NCBI GenBank assembly: GCA_950097015.1
Contig: CATNEN010000011.1
Span: 3,286,001 to 3,350,000 of the forward strand
Direction of reading: 5' to 3'
DNA: 64,000 nt
From: Macrostomum hystrix
Lineage: Eukaryota; Animalia; Platyhelminthes
Within the stretch, counting starts at the first letter, position 1, and every line of letters starts with the position of its first letter. Position numbers and translations under genes: made by a program. This document shows, one piece after another, positions 13,025-41,373 of the stretch. The notes under the pieces are model-generated. The model was not told where the DNA came from. It saw only the letters and a program-made list of their open reading frames with translations, and made no database searches.

Positions 13025-13535
13025 TGGCAGTGTGGGGTGACACAGGAGGCTGTGTGGGGTGACACAGGAGGCTGTGTGGGGTGACACAGGAGGCTGTGTG
13101 GGATGACACAGGAGGCTGTGTGGGATGACACAGGAGGCTGTGTGGGATGACACAGGAGGCAGTGTGGGATGACACAGGAGGCAGTGTGGGGTGACACAGG
13201 AGGCTGTGTGGGGTGACACAGGAGGCTGTGTGGGGTGACACAGGAGGCTGTGTGGGATGACACAGGAGGCAGTGTGGGGTGACACAGGAGGCTGTGTGGG
13301 GTGACACAGGAGGCTGTGTGGGGTGACACAGGAGGCTGTGTGGGATGACACAGGAGGCAGTGTGGGGTGACACAGGAGGCTGTGTGGGGTGACACAGGAG
13401 GCAGTGTGGGGTGACACAGGAGGCTGTGTGGGGTGACACAGGAGGCTGTGTGGGGTGACACAGGAGGCAGTGTGGGGTGACACAGGAGGCTGTGTGGGGT
13501 GACACAGGAGGCAGTGTGGGGTGACACAGGAGGCA
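13025..13535. repeat. 22-bp minisatellite downstream of CtBP stop
   Basis: Unit GTGTGGGGTGACACAGGAGGCT. Confidence 0.95.
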
Positions 13536-13737
13536 TTGAGGGATATTTAGGTAGAAGTTATTTTCATTTACAATGACAACATACACTTACGATAGATTAC
13601 GTATCTTGAAGTGTCAGATTATAAAGTAATTAAAAAACTTTAAATTAATATTAGTACATATAAACTTAACAGAGAAATTTTATATTATAGGTTTTTACGG
13701 ATGAATATCTTTAGTAGTTTAGTTCTAATACAGCTCA

Positions 13738-30158
<16,421 letters not shown>

Positions 30159-30494
30159 GATTCCTGTTTCTAAATTCTTAATAAATAATCAACTTCCTGA
30201 TTCGGATAAGCTACTAGGGTGGATCGGTGAGCTATAAATCAGTTTGTGTCATATTTTATCAGCGGAAGAATCTGATTATCTCTTTCCCTGCCTGAATTTG
30301 ATTGGTCCGCAGGATTAGGCAGATTTCTAGAACTTTCTCCGCGCTGCATTCGTAGCGTTTTCTGATTTGACAATACAGAGAGCTAAGGACTCTATGCCTA
30401 TGCCTATGCCTATGCCTATGGAATCTCAATGAGATTTCTGTAAGTTGAGGCCTCTACTTAAATCGCCATATTATAAAAGTTGTGTCTATAAGGC

Positions 30495-30600
30495 TAGGTG
30501 ACTTGTTGCGCAATTTACTCCATCGAGGGCCAAAATCGACGGCCAAAGGCACAGTGAGAGTTTACACTGCCTGACGATGAGAATGTGCCTGCTGAGGAGT
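30495..30600 (+). mobile_element. SINE family A central fragment
   Basis: GCAATTTAC...GAGGGCCAA...AGGCACAGTGAGAGTTTACACTGCCTGACGATGAGAA matches 11280-11347. Confidence 0.65.
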
Positions 30601-31237
30601 CAGCTCAATGTATACTCAAGTTATCTACTCGCAATCTACTCAACCTACTTCTGTATTTCATTGTTTATCTATAGTTAGCGTAAGATAGAATTTTACGAGC
30701 GTACTGCAAGCCCCATACCTCTCTCCCTAGTCGATGCAATGCCTTTACAAGCGAAATCGATTTTTTCTCATTGCTAGCCAAAGAAACAGTCCCGAATTTT
30801 TGGCCTCCCATACTGCGTACAAACCTAATTCATCTAGCGAGCGCGGAGATTAGGGCTGCTCAGTCTCAAACGACTCCAACGGCTCACCTTTAGATCCCAT
30901 CTTTAGGGATATGAGTTCGAAGGATTGACAGCGGGGAGGCGTGTCGCTTTAATCCCATTTTTCTCTTCCCCTTTCGTCCCATCGCACATAGTGAAATCTT
31001 CGTTACCTGCTGTTCTCGGGACTGCAGGAGAAGGAATTTTACAAATGGACGCCTTCGCTCCCAGTGCAGTTAGAATCCCATGCTCAGTTTTCGAAAAAAA
31101 GGGTATGGGGATACATTGCTGCTGCTGTTCATAAAATGGATTATTAATAATTAAGTAATTACACCTTCTTCATCAGAATCTGATCAGACTGTGTGTGACT
31201 GTTCATGACTTGTATGACTTGCAAATATATGTAAATG

Positions 31238-31752
31238 ATATGCAAGTCAGCACTGACAGAAGTGTCTGTGATATGCAAGTCAGCACTGACAGAAGTGTCT
31301 GTGATATGCAAGTCAGCACTGACAGAAGTGTCTGTGATATGCAAGTCAGCACTGACAGAAGTGTCTGTGATATGCAAGTCAGCACTGACAGAAGTGTCTG
31401 TGATATGCAAGTCAGCACTGACAGAAGTGTCTGTGATATGCAAGTCAGCACTGACAGAAGTGTCTGTGATATGCAAGTCAGCACTGACAGAAGTGTCTGT
31501 GATATGCAAGTCAGCACTGACAGAAGTGTCTGTGATATGCAAGTCAGCACTGACAGAAGTGTCTGTGATATGCAAGTCAGCACTGACAGAAGTGTCTGTG
31601 ATATGCAAGTCAGCACTGACAGAAGTGTCTGTGATATGCAAGTCAGCACTGACAGAAGTGTCTGTGATATGCAAGTCAGCACTGACAGAAGTGTCTGTGA
31701 TATGCAAGTCAGCACTGACAGAAGTGTCTGTGATATGCAAGTCAGCACTGAC
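31238..31752. repeat. Perfect 33-bp tandem array
   Basis: Unit GATATGCAAGTCAGCACTGACAGAAGTGTCTGT, about 15.5 apparently identical copies, no spacers. Confidence 0.97.
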
Positions 31753-32409
31753 GCATTTTTTGTCTATCGAAGTGACACTCCCTTGGTCTATTATCTTAAA
31801 TTATTACTCACAGTAGGCACGGCACTATGTGTTTTTTAAGTGACATAAGGCGAGGCACTTGTCGAAAAAATACAAGAGCCAGTTTTGTGACCCCAGGATC
31901 AAGCAGTGACTTGGCTGACTCGTTTCGGAATAGATTTTCGCGGCTACCACCGGGACAACGGCGATATAAATTTCCCTAAATCGGCACAAAAAACGGCCCT
32001 TTTAAGGCCATTTTACAATTTGTTTTTCCTTAACAGTTAAAGTATGCAATTTTTTTTCGAAAATCTTGTATAAGTCGTTAGGTATTTTTTATCAAAGAAA
32101 GAGACAGTAAAACACTATCATAAGGCAAATACGAACGATTGCTAGCCTGGTAAGAGAAAATGCTTCTAATGTTGATAGCAGCGTCGAAAGCACAGAATAT
32201 AGCGCAGAAAGCATGTATTTTTCAACCATTAAAAATCATGCATCACAAGTGGTTGAAATAATTATACAGTATAAGTACAAACAATAAGCAGGTGTAACTA
32301 AAAGAGAAAATAAATGATCAGATGAACAAGAAAAAACGATGAACAAAGATTAGCAGAATGAAATTTTTTTTCTGAATATTACCCATTTCGGGATACTGTA
32401 GGATGTAAG

Positions 32410-33680
32410 ACATGAGGATCAAGGAAATTGGGATAACCAGTATGAAGATCAAGGAAATTGGGATAACCAGTATGAAGATCTAGGACATTTGGGATAATCA
32501 GTATGAGGATCTAGGACATTTGGGATAATCAGTATGAAGATCTAGGACATTGGGATAACCAGTATGAAGATCTAGGACATTGGGATAACCAGTATGAAGA
32601 TCTAGGACATTGGGATAATCAGTATGAAGATCTAGGACATTGGGATAATCAGTATGAGGATCTAGGACATTTGGGATAATCAGTATGAGGATCTAGGACA
32701 TTGGGATAAACAGTATGAGGATCTAGGACATTGGGATAATCAGTACGAAGATCTAGGACATTTGTGATAATCAGTATGAGGATCTAGGACATTTGGGATA
32801 ATCAGTATGAGGATCTAGGACATTGGGATAATCAGTATGAGGATCTAGGACATTGGGATAAACAGTATGAGGATCTAGGACATTGGGATAAACAGTATGA
32901 GGATCTAAGACATTGGGATAAACAGTATGAGGATCTAGGACATTGGGATATACAGTATGAGGATCTAGGACATTGGGATAAACAGTATGAGGATCTAGGA
33001 CGTTGGGATAAACAGTATGAAGATCTAGGACATTTGGGATAATCAGTATGAGGATCTAGGACATTGGGATAAACAGTATGAGGATCTAGGACATTTGGGA
33101 TAATCAACATGAGGATCTAGGACATTGGGATAAACAGTATGAGGATCTAAGACATTGGGATAATCAGTATGAGGATCTAGGACATTGGGATAATCAGTAT
33201 GATGATCTAGGACATTGGGATAAACAGTATGAGGATCTAGGACATTGGGATAAACAGTATGAGGATCTAGGACATTGGGATAAACAGTATGAGGATCTAG
33301 GACATTGGGATAAACAGTATGAGGATCTAGGACGTTGGGATAATCAGTATGAGGATCTAGGACATTGGGATAAACAGTATGAGGATCTAAGACATTGGGA
33401 TAAACAGTATGAGGATCTAGGACGTTGGGATAAACAGTATGAGGATCTGGGACATTGGGATAAACAGTATGAGGATCTAGGACATTGGGATAAACAGTAT
33501 GAGGATCTAGGACATTGGGATAAACAGTATGAGGATCTAGGACGTTGGGATAAACAGTATGAAGATCTAGGACATTTGGGATAATCAGTATGAGGATCTA
33601 GGACATTGGGATAAACAGTATGAGGATCTAGGACATTTGGGATAATCAACATGAGGATCTAGGACATTGGGATGATCAAT
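32410..33680. repeat. 30/31-bp minisatellite downstream of SNUPN stop
   Basis: Unit GGATCTAGGACATTGGGATAAACAGTATGA. Confidence 0.95.
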
Positions 33681-33816
33681 ATGATAATCTAGGAGAATCT
33701 AAGTGATCGGGATAATCTGTTAGAGAATAGAAGATAATGAGATAACATTTGGAAAGATCTTGTAGGATGTACGATACATTGGAATAAATTAACCCGACAA
33801 AGGCAGCGGTCAAAGT

Positions 33817-36800
33817 TCACTCGACCATAGCGTTAGCAGTGGACTCAGATGCAGACTGGTCTCTCCTGCTGCTTGATCGCCGCTGGCTGGCGTCGTTAAA
33901 AGCCGAAGCCATCTGCCTGCGGGTGGCCTCGTATTGCTCAATGTCGGCCAGCCGGCCCGCATAATCTGCCGGAGTTCCAACCGAGTAGCCCGGATGACAT
34001 TCGAGTCCCAGCGCCTCTGGCAGCATGTAGTGCTTGAGCCAGCCAACTAGAGGCGTGGAGCCGAATGTATAGGCCGTACGCCGGTGATAGAACAGGACAC
34101 CGTCCAGCTGTTGGGGATGGAACAGTGGGATCAAATGGGATTTGACTGGGGTGGGTGTAGGATGGCCGGTTCCTGAGGAGTGGGGTGGGTGAAGGATGGC
34201 CAGTTTTTAAGGAGTGGGGTGGGTGTAGGATGGTCAGTTCTTTCGGAGTGGGGTGGGTGTAGGATGGCCAGTTTTTAAGGAGTGGGGTGGGTGTAGGATG
34301 GTCAGTTCTTTGGGAGTGGGATGGGTGTAGGATGGCCAGTTTTTAGGTGTGGGGTGGGTGTAGGATGGCCAGTTTTTAAGGAGTGGGTGGGTGTGTAGGA
34401 TCGTCAGTTCTTTGGGAGTGGGGTGGGTGTAGGATGGCCAGTTTTTAGGTGTGGGGTATGTGTAGGATGGTCAGTTTTTAAGGAGTGGGGTGGGTGTGTA
34501 GGATGGCCAGTTTTTGGGTGTGGGGTGGGTGTAGGATGGTCAGTTCTTCTGGAGTGGTGTTGGTGTAGGATGGCTAGTTCTTAGGGAGTGAGGTGGGTGT
34601 GAGATGACCAGTTCTTAAGGAGTGGGGTGGGTGTAGCATGGCCAGTTATTAGGGGGGTGTGGGATGGCAATTTTTCAACGCAGACTCACAGGAAATGGCG
34701 GCGGCAGCGCCAGAAACTCGGCCAGTTTGTCCCGCTGACAAGAATGAGCCGACACGGTGCAGAACGGATGCCGATTATTGGCGCTCCTGACACCAATGCG
34801 CGGCACAGACTCTGCCATGTTGGTCTCCAGCCAATGAAAGCGAAGCGCTGTCTGTAACCATATGATTGCAACACCGAGTTTTACAGTCTCTATGCGATTA
34901 TCCAATCACACAAAGCTACACAAATGATAAAATTACCTAATGACATCTGAATGAGATTTCCCATTCCCAACAACTGGGATCTCAATGAGATTTCCCTATA
35001 CCCAGCAACTGGGATCTCAATGAGATTTCCCCAAATCTCAACAACTGGAATCTCAATGAGATTTCCCCAAATCTCAACAACTGGAATCTGAATTAGATTT
35101 ACTCATTATTGTGAAATTCTTACCTCGGTATCGTAGAGCTGCAGGTCTCTCCAGTGCATTATGTCCAACACGTGAAAGCTGCTGGTGTCCCAGATGCAAT
35201 CAAGAATTGTCAGGCCAGACTTGCTTTGCCGACAACCGCCAGGCAAATCGGATGGGAAGTTCATAATGCAGCGACCTCTGCGATCGAATGTTCTCGTATT
35301 GCCCTGCCAATGTGTCAATCAATTTTAAGCTATTACGGTAAGGCTGTATAAAGCTGTTCAGTCCATAGACAATTTAAATCCCAACCAATTGGGATCTGTC
35401 ATCCGATATTCAAATTCCAACCAATTGGGATCTGTCATCCGATATTTAAATCCCAACCGATTGGGATCTGTCATCCGATATTTAAATCCCAACCAATTGG
35501 GATCTGTCATCCGATATTTAAATCCCAACCAATTGGGATCTGTCATCCAGTATTCAAATCCCAACCAATTGGGATCTGTCATCCAGTATTCAAATCCCAA
35601 CCAATTGGGATCTGTCATCCAGTATTCAAATCCCAACCAATTGGGATCTGTCATCCGATATTCAAATTCCAACCAATTGGGATCTGTCATCCGATATTTA
35701 AATCCCAACCGATTGGGATCTGTCATCCGATATTTAAATCCCAACCAATTGGGATCTGTCATCCGATATTTAAATCCCAACCAATTGGGATCTGTCATCC
35801 GATATTTAAATCCCAACCAATTGGGATCTGTCATCCGATATTTAAATCCCAACCAATTGGGAACTGTCATCCGATATTTAAATCCCAACCAATTGGGAAC
35901 TGTCATCCGATATTTAAATCCCAACCAATTGGGAACTGTCATCCGATATTTAAATCCCAACCAATTGGGAACTGTCATCCGATATTTAAATCCCAACCAA
36001 TTGGGAACTGTCATCCGATATTTAAATCCCAACCAATTGGGATCTGTCATCCGATATTTAAATCCCAACCAATTGGGATCTGTCATCCGATATTTAAATC
36101 CCAACCAATTGGGATCTGTCATCCGATATTTAAATCCCAACCAATTGGGATCTGTCATCCGATATTTAAATCCCAACCAATTGGGATCTGTCATCCGATA
36201 TTTAAATCCCAACCAATTGGGATCTGTCATCCGATATTTAAATCCCAACCAATTGGGATCTGTCATCCGATATTTAAATCCCAACCAATTGGGAACTGTC
36301 ATCCGATATTTAAATCCCAACCAATTGGGAACTGTCATCCGATATTTAAATCCCAACCAATTGGGAACTGTCATCCGATATTTAAATCCCAACCAATTGG
36401 GAACTGTCATCCGATATTTAAATCCCAACCAATTGGGATATCAATAATCTAATATTCAAAAACCAACCAATGGGACTGTGTACACCTGTTTAGTCCATGG
36501 ACAGGCGGAGGGGCGCCACGCCAACCCGAAATTCAATGTACCAAGCCTGTCTTTATGCTGATAATCGAACTCCCGACCTCTCAGTCAGCAGTCAGAAGCT
36601 CCATACCATTTTGAGTCATACTATAAATCTTCAAATCACTCACCCGAGCAGCCACGACTAGCACCCTCTTGCCCTGCGGACACAATTTGAGCAGGAACTC
36701 AGCTTCGAAATCTTCCGGCACCTCAATGAGCCATTCTGATAGCATCAGCTGATTGCGATAATTGCGTCCCGGCCTACGACGCTTCTGCAGCGATTCAATG

Positions 36801-37201
36801 GAATCGTCCATAGCAACTTCGTCCGCTGCTAGAGTCTCGTCCGTGTCAGCAACCGACGCTAAATCTTCGTTGTCTTCATCGCCATCGTCGCCGAGGCCTC
36901 TAGTCCAGTTGTCTTCAGCCAGACGACGCGCCAGTGCCATAGCATTGAAGCGTCGCTGTTTCTGCAACTCCAGCTCCTTGCGACGTCGTTCGGCCTGATC
37001 GACAACTAAACGACCGCGATTTTTGTACATCGCTTGACGCGACGAAACTAGACTAGCATTCGGAGAAGACGAAGACAGATTCTTAGTAGACGAGGCATTG
37101 GCAAAGCTTTGACATAGGCCAGCCAGTTCGTCATGATTGCTAGACACATCTTTGGCTGCCTGATCTTGAGCAACTGTCTGGTCATTGTTATCTGTGGACA
37201 T
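33817..37201 (-). CDS. SNUPN: Snurportin-1 (m3G-cap snRNP import adaptor); exons 37201-36644, 35303-35124, 34851-34690, 34107-33817; about 396 aa
   Basis: IBB-like YKNRGR...RRRKELELQKQRR, QLMLSEWLIEVP, CPQGKRVLVVAAR, LPGG, TILDCI, VLDIMHWR, RFHWL, DGVLFYH, GSTPLVGWLKHYM. All introns are phase 0 GT-AG. Confidence 0.93.
34145..34650. repeat. G-rich about 33-bp minisatellite, SNUPN intron 3
   Basis: Same unit family as 28935-29450. Confidence 0.9.
34950..35100. repeat. Short degenerate array in SNUPN intron 2
   Basis: About 4 copies of CAACTGGGATCTCAATGAGATTTCCC. Confidence 0.8.
35371..36440. repeat. 36-bp minisatellite, SNUPN intron 1
   Basis: Unit TTGGGATCTGTCATCCGATATTTAAATCCCAACCAA, about 30 copies, each with a TTGGGAT/ATCCCAA inverted pair. 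Confidence 0.96.
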
Positions 37202-37289
37202 TTCTTTTGAATTCTCTGTCTGAAATATCAGATTAAAATGTTATGAAATCACACCTTTAATCTGTACTGATGTTTCAATAACTCAAAAG

Positions 37290-37545
37290 CTCACCCTTGA
37301 TCAGGAGTGGTAGTCTCAAAATCTCACCCTTGATCAGGAGTGGTAGTCTCAAAATCTCACCCTTGATCAGGAGTGTAGTATCAAAATCTCACCCTTGATC
37401 AGGAATGCTATAGTCTTAGAATCTCACCCTTGATAGGGATTGCTATAGTCTTAAAATCTCACCCATGATCATGAATTCTATAGCCTCAAAATCTCACCCT
37501 TGGTCAGAAATGCTATAGTCTCAAAATCTCACCCTTGATCATCAG
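37290..37545. repeat. about 30-bp degenerate array between TSR3-METTL6 and SNUPN
   Basis: Repeated CAAAATCTCACCCTTGATCAGGA. Confidence 0.85.
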
Positions 37546-37773
37546 GAGATCTAAAAATCTAGTCTTAGGGCATCTAATGAAGAAGAAAGTTAATATTAAG
37601 CCTCAGCATAACAAATCAATTGTCATGTAGATCAAAATCAACAAATTTAATTTTGCACGAATTAAACGATCTATTATTATACAAATAACACCAAGTTTGC
37701 AAATACTTCAGTATTAATCTAAAAATGCTCAGAGCCAACACTAAATCAGATCCGATATAAAGTAGCTTTTATT

Positions 37774-39615
37774 CTAGTCGTCAGTTTTCTCAGCCACCGC
37801 CTGAACAAAGACTCGATCAGCGCGAATGCCTTCGCGTCTGTTTACAGTCTCCCTGAGCACGTAGCAGCATTGCAGCACCCGAAGTCCGGCGCCGCGGCAT
37901 AGTGACTCAATCTCTTCCAAGGTGAAAAAATACGAACAGGTGCCGTCTTGACGAACGTACCGAGATTCGGCTAGCTTAGCACCTCGACCAAATCTAAGCT
38001 GGCTATGATCGTGTAGGCCGTAGTCGCGAATTAACAGACGGCCGCCGCAGGTCAAAATAGACGCAGCGTTCCCTACGGCCGTTGCCATCTGTGCCGGTTG
38101 AATCGCTGACAAGACAAAGACCAGAGCTGCTAGGTGAACCCCGCCGCCCCAGTCTTCAAGATGAGAAATGGCCAAAGAGTTGAACTCTGGCGAAGTTAAA
38201 TCGGCGCAGAACGCTCGAAAACGTGTCGACCTGCTTTCTGACTCGCCATCATTTTCTGATCCCTGTTGCTGCCTGTGAGTCTGCCAACGATTCAAAGCCA
38301 TACGGACAGCTCGAGGCGAGAAGTCGCAAGCTAACAGACGCAGATTAGGCAGCTCGGCTAGCAGCGGCATGGCAAAGTTGCCAACTCCGCAGCCTAATTC
38401 GGCTAGAATCAGCGGCCGACTATCCGCCTGTCCTTCAACCTGCTCCCGGCCGGCTAATTCAACAAATTCTCGCTTAGTCCAATGACGATCGCGAAAGAAT
38501 CGATCCCCATTACGATTATAGAATTTGTCCCAATTCTTTTGCGCCTCTGCGTCAACTTGATTGGCGCGATAATTACTAGCCAATTGTTGACTAGACAGCA
38601 ACTGCTGCTCAGCCTCAGTTAGGGATCGAACTTCTCTGGTCTTATTTTGAAATCCGGTCGCAGCGTCGTCTTCACAATCGGCCTCTTTTTCGTCATCTTT
38701 CTGAGGTTCAGTTTCACAGGGATTAACGGATCGAGTAGCGTCCCCATCAACACTCGAGTCTCCGTCGTCAACATCGCCACCACTGCCGCCAAGTTGTTCC
38801 TCCAACTCTTTGGCCAGTTCGCCATAGGACAGGCGTCTCCTAGAGCCAGTCTCCGCAGCCAGAGCTGCCAGATGATCAGCCTGCACTCTGGAAATTTCGC
38901 CAGCATCTTGACAGCCGGCGTATGCGGTTAACAAGTCGGCGTTAAGGTGACGAAATGCCGAACCCCAACCGAATCTAGACAGCACAGCATCGGCGTCGGA
39001 TTGTAAGCCAACAATGCACAATCCGGCTGCGAATGCTTCAACACAAGACAAATTGATCGGCTTGCCATAATTAACTGGATTCGCAGCTACCAGGTATGGC
39101 AATAGGCGCTCATTGTGACACTTCATGCGCGACCAAGGCGTGGATTGTAGCTGGGCCCATGAACAGTCGACAACTGCCAAGCCGGCGCGGCGGACAAGCT
39201 CAGCATCGGCTGGCGATATTGGCGCACTGGCTACAGGAGTCAGCACGACTCCACCAAACCGGCTGCCTAGTCGCAGCTCCGACACCAGGCCTAGTCGAGT
39301 CAATCGACGTCCGGTGCACTTTTTCGGATCGCAATGACCCAGATCCCACATGGCTAGAGGAACAGTTGGCATTGATGAGCAGGCCTCATTGTCACTATCG
39401 CTGCTGTTGTCTGACTGTACTGCTCTGGCTGAATAATCTACGCCCTCATCACCACTACCACCGTCCTGATGTTTCTGGTCGCGTCGAAATCCTCGATGAT
39501 CGCGATTGGCCAGTCCAGAGCGTCTCTGATTTGGGTTGCCGCCGCCGCCGCCCACGCCTTTACGCTTTCCAGCTGAGGCGGCATTCTTTGATCTCTGACC
39601 GCGTTTGTTATCCAT
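37774..39615 (-). CDS. TSR3-METTL6: Intronless fusion ORF, 613 aa: N-terminal TSR3 (18S rRNA aminocarboxypropyltransferase) plus C-terminal METTL6-type tRNA m3C methyltransferase
   Basis: TSR3 motifs: LAMWDLGHCDPKKCTG, AVVDCSWA, RLLPYLVAANPVNYGKP, LSCVEAFAA. METTL6 motifs: EAQKNWDKFY, FFRDRHWTKREF, ELGCGVGN, ACDFSPRAV, FVLSAI, RDYGLHD, YVRQDGTCSYFF, RETVNRREG..RVFVQ. No stop codon lies between them. Confidence 0.9.
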   Translation of the reverse strand: MDNKRGQRSKNAASAGKRKGVGGGGGNPNQRRSGLANRDHRGFRRDQKHQDGGSGDEGVDYSARAVQSDNSSDSDNEACSSMPTVPLAMWDLGHCDPKKCTGRRLTRLGLVSELRLGSRFGGVVLTPVASAPISPADAELVRRAGLAVVDCSWAQLQSTPWSRMKCHNERLLPYLVAANPVNYGKPINLSCVEAFAAGLCIVGLQSDADAVLSRFGWGSAFRHLNADLLTAYAGCQDAGEISRVQADHLAALAAETGSRRRLSYGELAKELEEQLGGSGGDVDDGDSSVDGDATRSVNPCETEPQKDDEKEADCEDDAATGFQNKTREVRSLTEAEQQLLSSQQLASNYRANQVDAEAQKNWDKFYNRNGDRFFRDRHWTKREFVELAGREQVEGQADSRPLILAELGCGVGNFAMPLLAELPNLRLLACDFSPRAVRMALNRWQTHRQQQGSENDGESESRSTRFRAFCADLTSPEFNSLAISHLEDWGGGVHLAALVFVLSAIQPAQMATAVGNAASILTCGGRLLIRDYGLHDHSQLRFGRGAKLAESRYVRQDGTCSYFFTLEEIESLCRGAGLRVLQCCYVLRETVNRREGIRADRVFVQAVAEKTDD

Positions 39616-39689
39616 TTATTATTTTAAGATTGTGAAGCACAATAACCTGCAATAATTCATTGGTATGATAATTTACCACTTGAAACTAT

Positions 39690-40205
39690 AATAAACCTAC
39701 ACAAATCACAATAAACATACACAAACCACAACAAACCTACACAAACCACAATAAACTTACACAATCCACAATAAACCAACACAAACCACAACAAACCCAC
39801 ACAAACCACAACAAACCCACACAAACCACAACAAACCCACACAAACCACAACAAACCCACACAAACCACAACAAACCCACACAAACCACAATAAACCTAC
39901 AAAAATCACAATAAACTTAAACAAACCACAATAAACCTACACGAACCACAATAAACCTACACAAATCACAATAAACTTACACAATCCACAATAAACCTAC
40001 ACAAACCACAATAAACTTACACAATCCACAATAAACCAACACAAACCACAATAAACTTACACAATCCACAATAAACCTACACAAACCACAATAAACTTAC
40101 ACAATCCACAATAAACCTACACAAACCACAATAAACCTACACAAACCACAATAAACCCACACAAACCACAATAAACCCACACAAACCACAATAAACTTAA
40201 ACAAA
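39690..40205. repeat. 20-bp C/A-rich minisatellite upstream of TSR3-METTL6
   Basis: Unit ACAAACCACAATAAACCTAC. Confidence 0.93.
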
Positions 40206-40959
40206 CGACAAGTAATCCTCAAATACTCAATCCATAAAAGACTAAACAAAGCAATTTTTGTGAAATTAATAAAAAGGCAATGCAAAGCATATTTATTACT
40301 TACAACATGATTCACCTCGTAACAATGGCTTACTGATCAGTACGACAAGTATATGGCTATATATTATAAAAACAATTATGCGATAAACATGCTTACTATT
40401 TGTCCTATAGATAGTCGTAGATTATACGCATGCATTTATACAGAATATGTATGATAGAATCGAGAATAAATCTGTTTTACAAAGAATAAAAACAGTAAAA
40501 TATTAGCAAAAATAGGAAATGTTAACGGTAGATTTCTTTAGGAAACAGCAAATGGCAATACACTGCCTGAGATATCAATAATTAACGATGTTTCTCTTAG
40601 AGACTACTTACAAGTAGCACCAAACAAATAATAAGCCTAATCATGTTTAATAGTACATTAGAAAAAAGTCCATTTTTGTTTAAAACAGAAAACACAACTA
40701 CAAGATAAAAACCTATCAGCTGATTAGACAGTTAGTTACAAAAATTCTAGAATAGCTAGACATCCAAACAGAAAAAACTAAAAATTCATTATTGAATTCT
40801 TGATATTAAAAAACTTACGTGAATAAAACGAAATAGTAAAAAAAAAATTTATTGGTAGTTTATTAAAAACCTAACGAAAACACTCTATTGACTTATCTTA
40901 TTTTGCTTAGAAATTGAAAACTTTCACTACAACTTGGGACGTTCCCAGAATTCGCTACT

Positions 40960-41340
40960 TCTGATCTACTGGAACTCGTTACTTCTTATGTACTGGAACT
41001 TTTCAATTTTTAAGTCACTATAACTCGTTACTTATTACAAAAAGGTATTCGTTACTTTTCAGCAAGTACTACTCGATACTGCTTTGGTACTAGAACTGGT
41101 TTCTTCTAAGAACTATTTTTCGTTACTTTTTAGTAACTAATACTCGTTACTGCTTTGGTACTAGAACTCGTTTCTTCTAACAACTATTATTCGTTACTTT
41201 TCAGCAACTATAACGACGTAACTTTTTATACAGGAACTGAAGCGACTTACATTTTACCTACTGGAAATCGTTACTTATCATGTACTAACAGTTTACTTCT
41301 CAGCCGCAATAAACTGTAACATTTCAGCTAATAGAACTCA
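40960..41340. repeat. Degenerate tandem repeat downstream of PP2C stop
   Basis: Recurrent CTCGTTACTT / GTACTAGAACT motifs. Confidence 0.65.
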
Positions 41341-41373
41341 TTAATTACTATTTAGATACTAGGACCCTATCAA

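Noticed and set aside
31238-31752. CRISPR-like 33-bp palindromic repeats
   Set aside because: Units are directly adjacent with no unique spacers, there are no cas genes, and the context is eukaryotic.
40920-40960. ACTACAA...TCCCAG resembling a ZNF143/Staf promoter motif upstream of TSR3-METTL6
   Set aside because: Spacing differs from the canonical motif and a single short match is not sufficient evidence.
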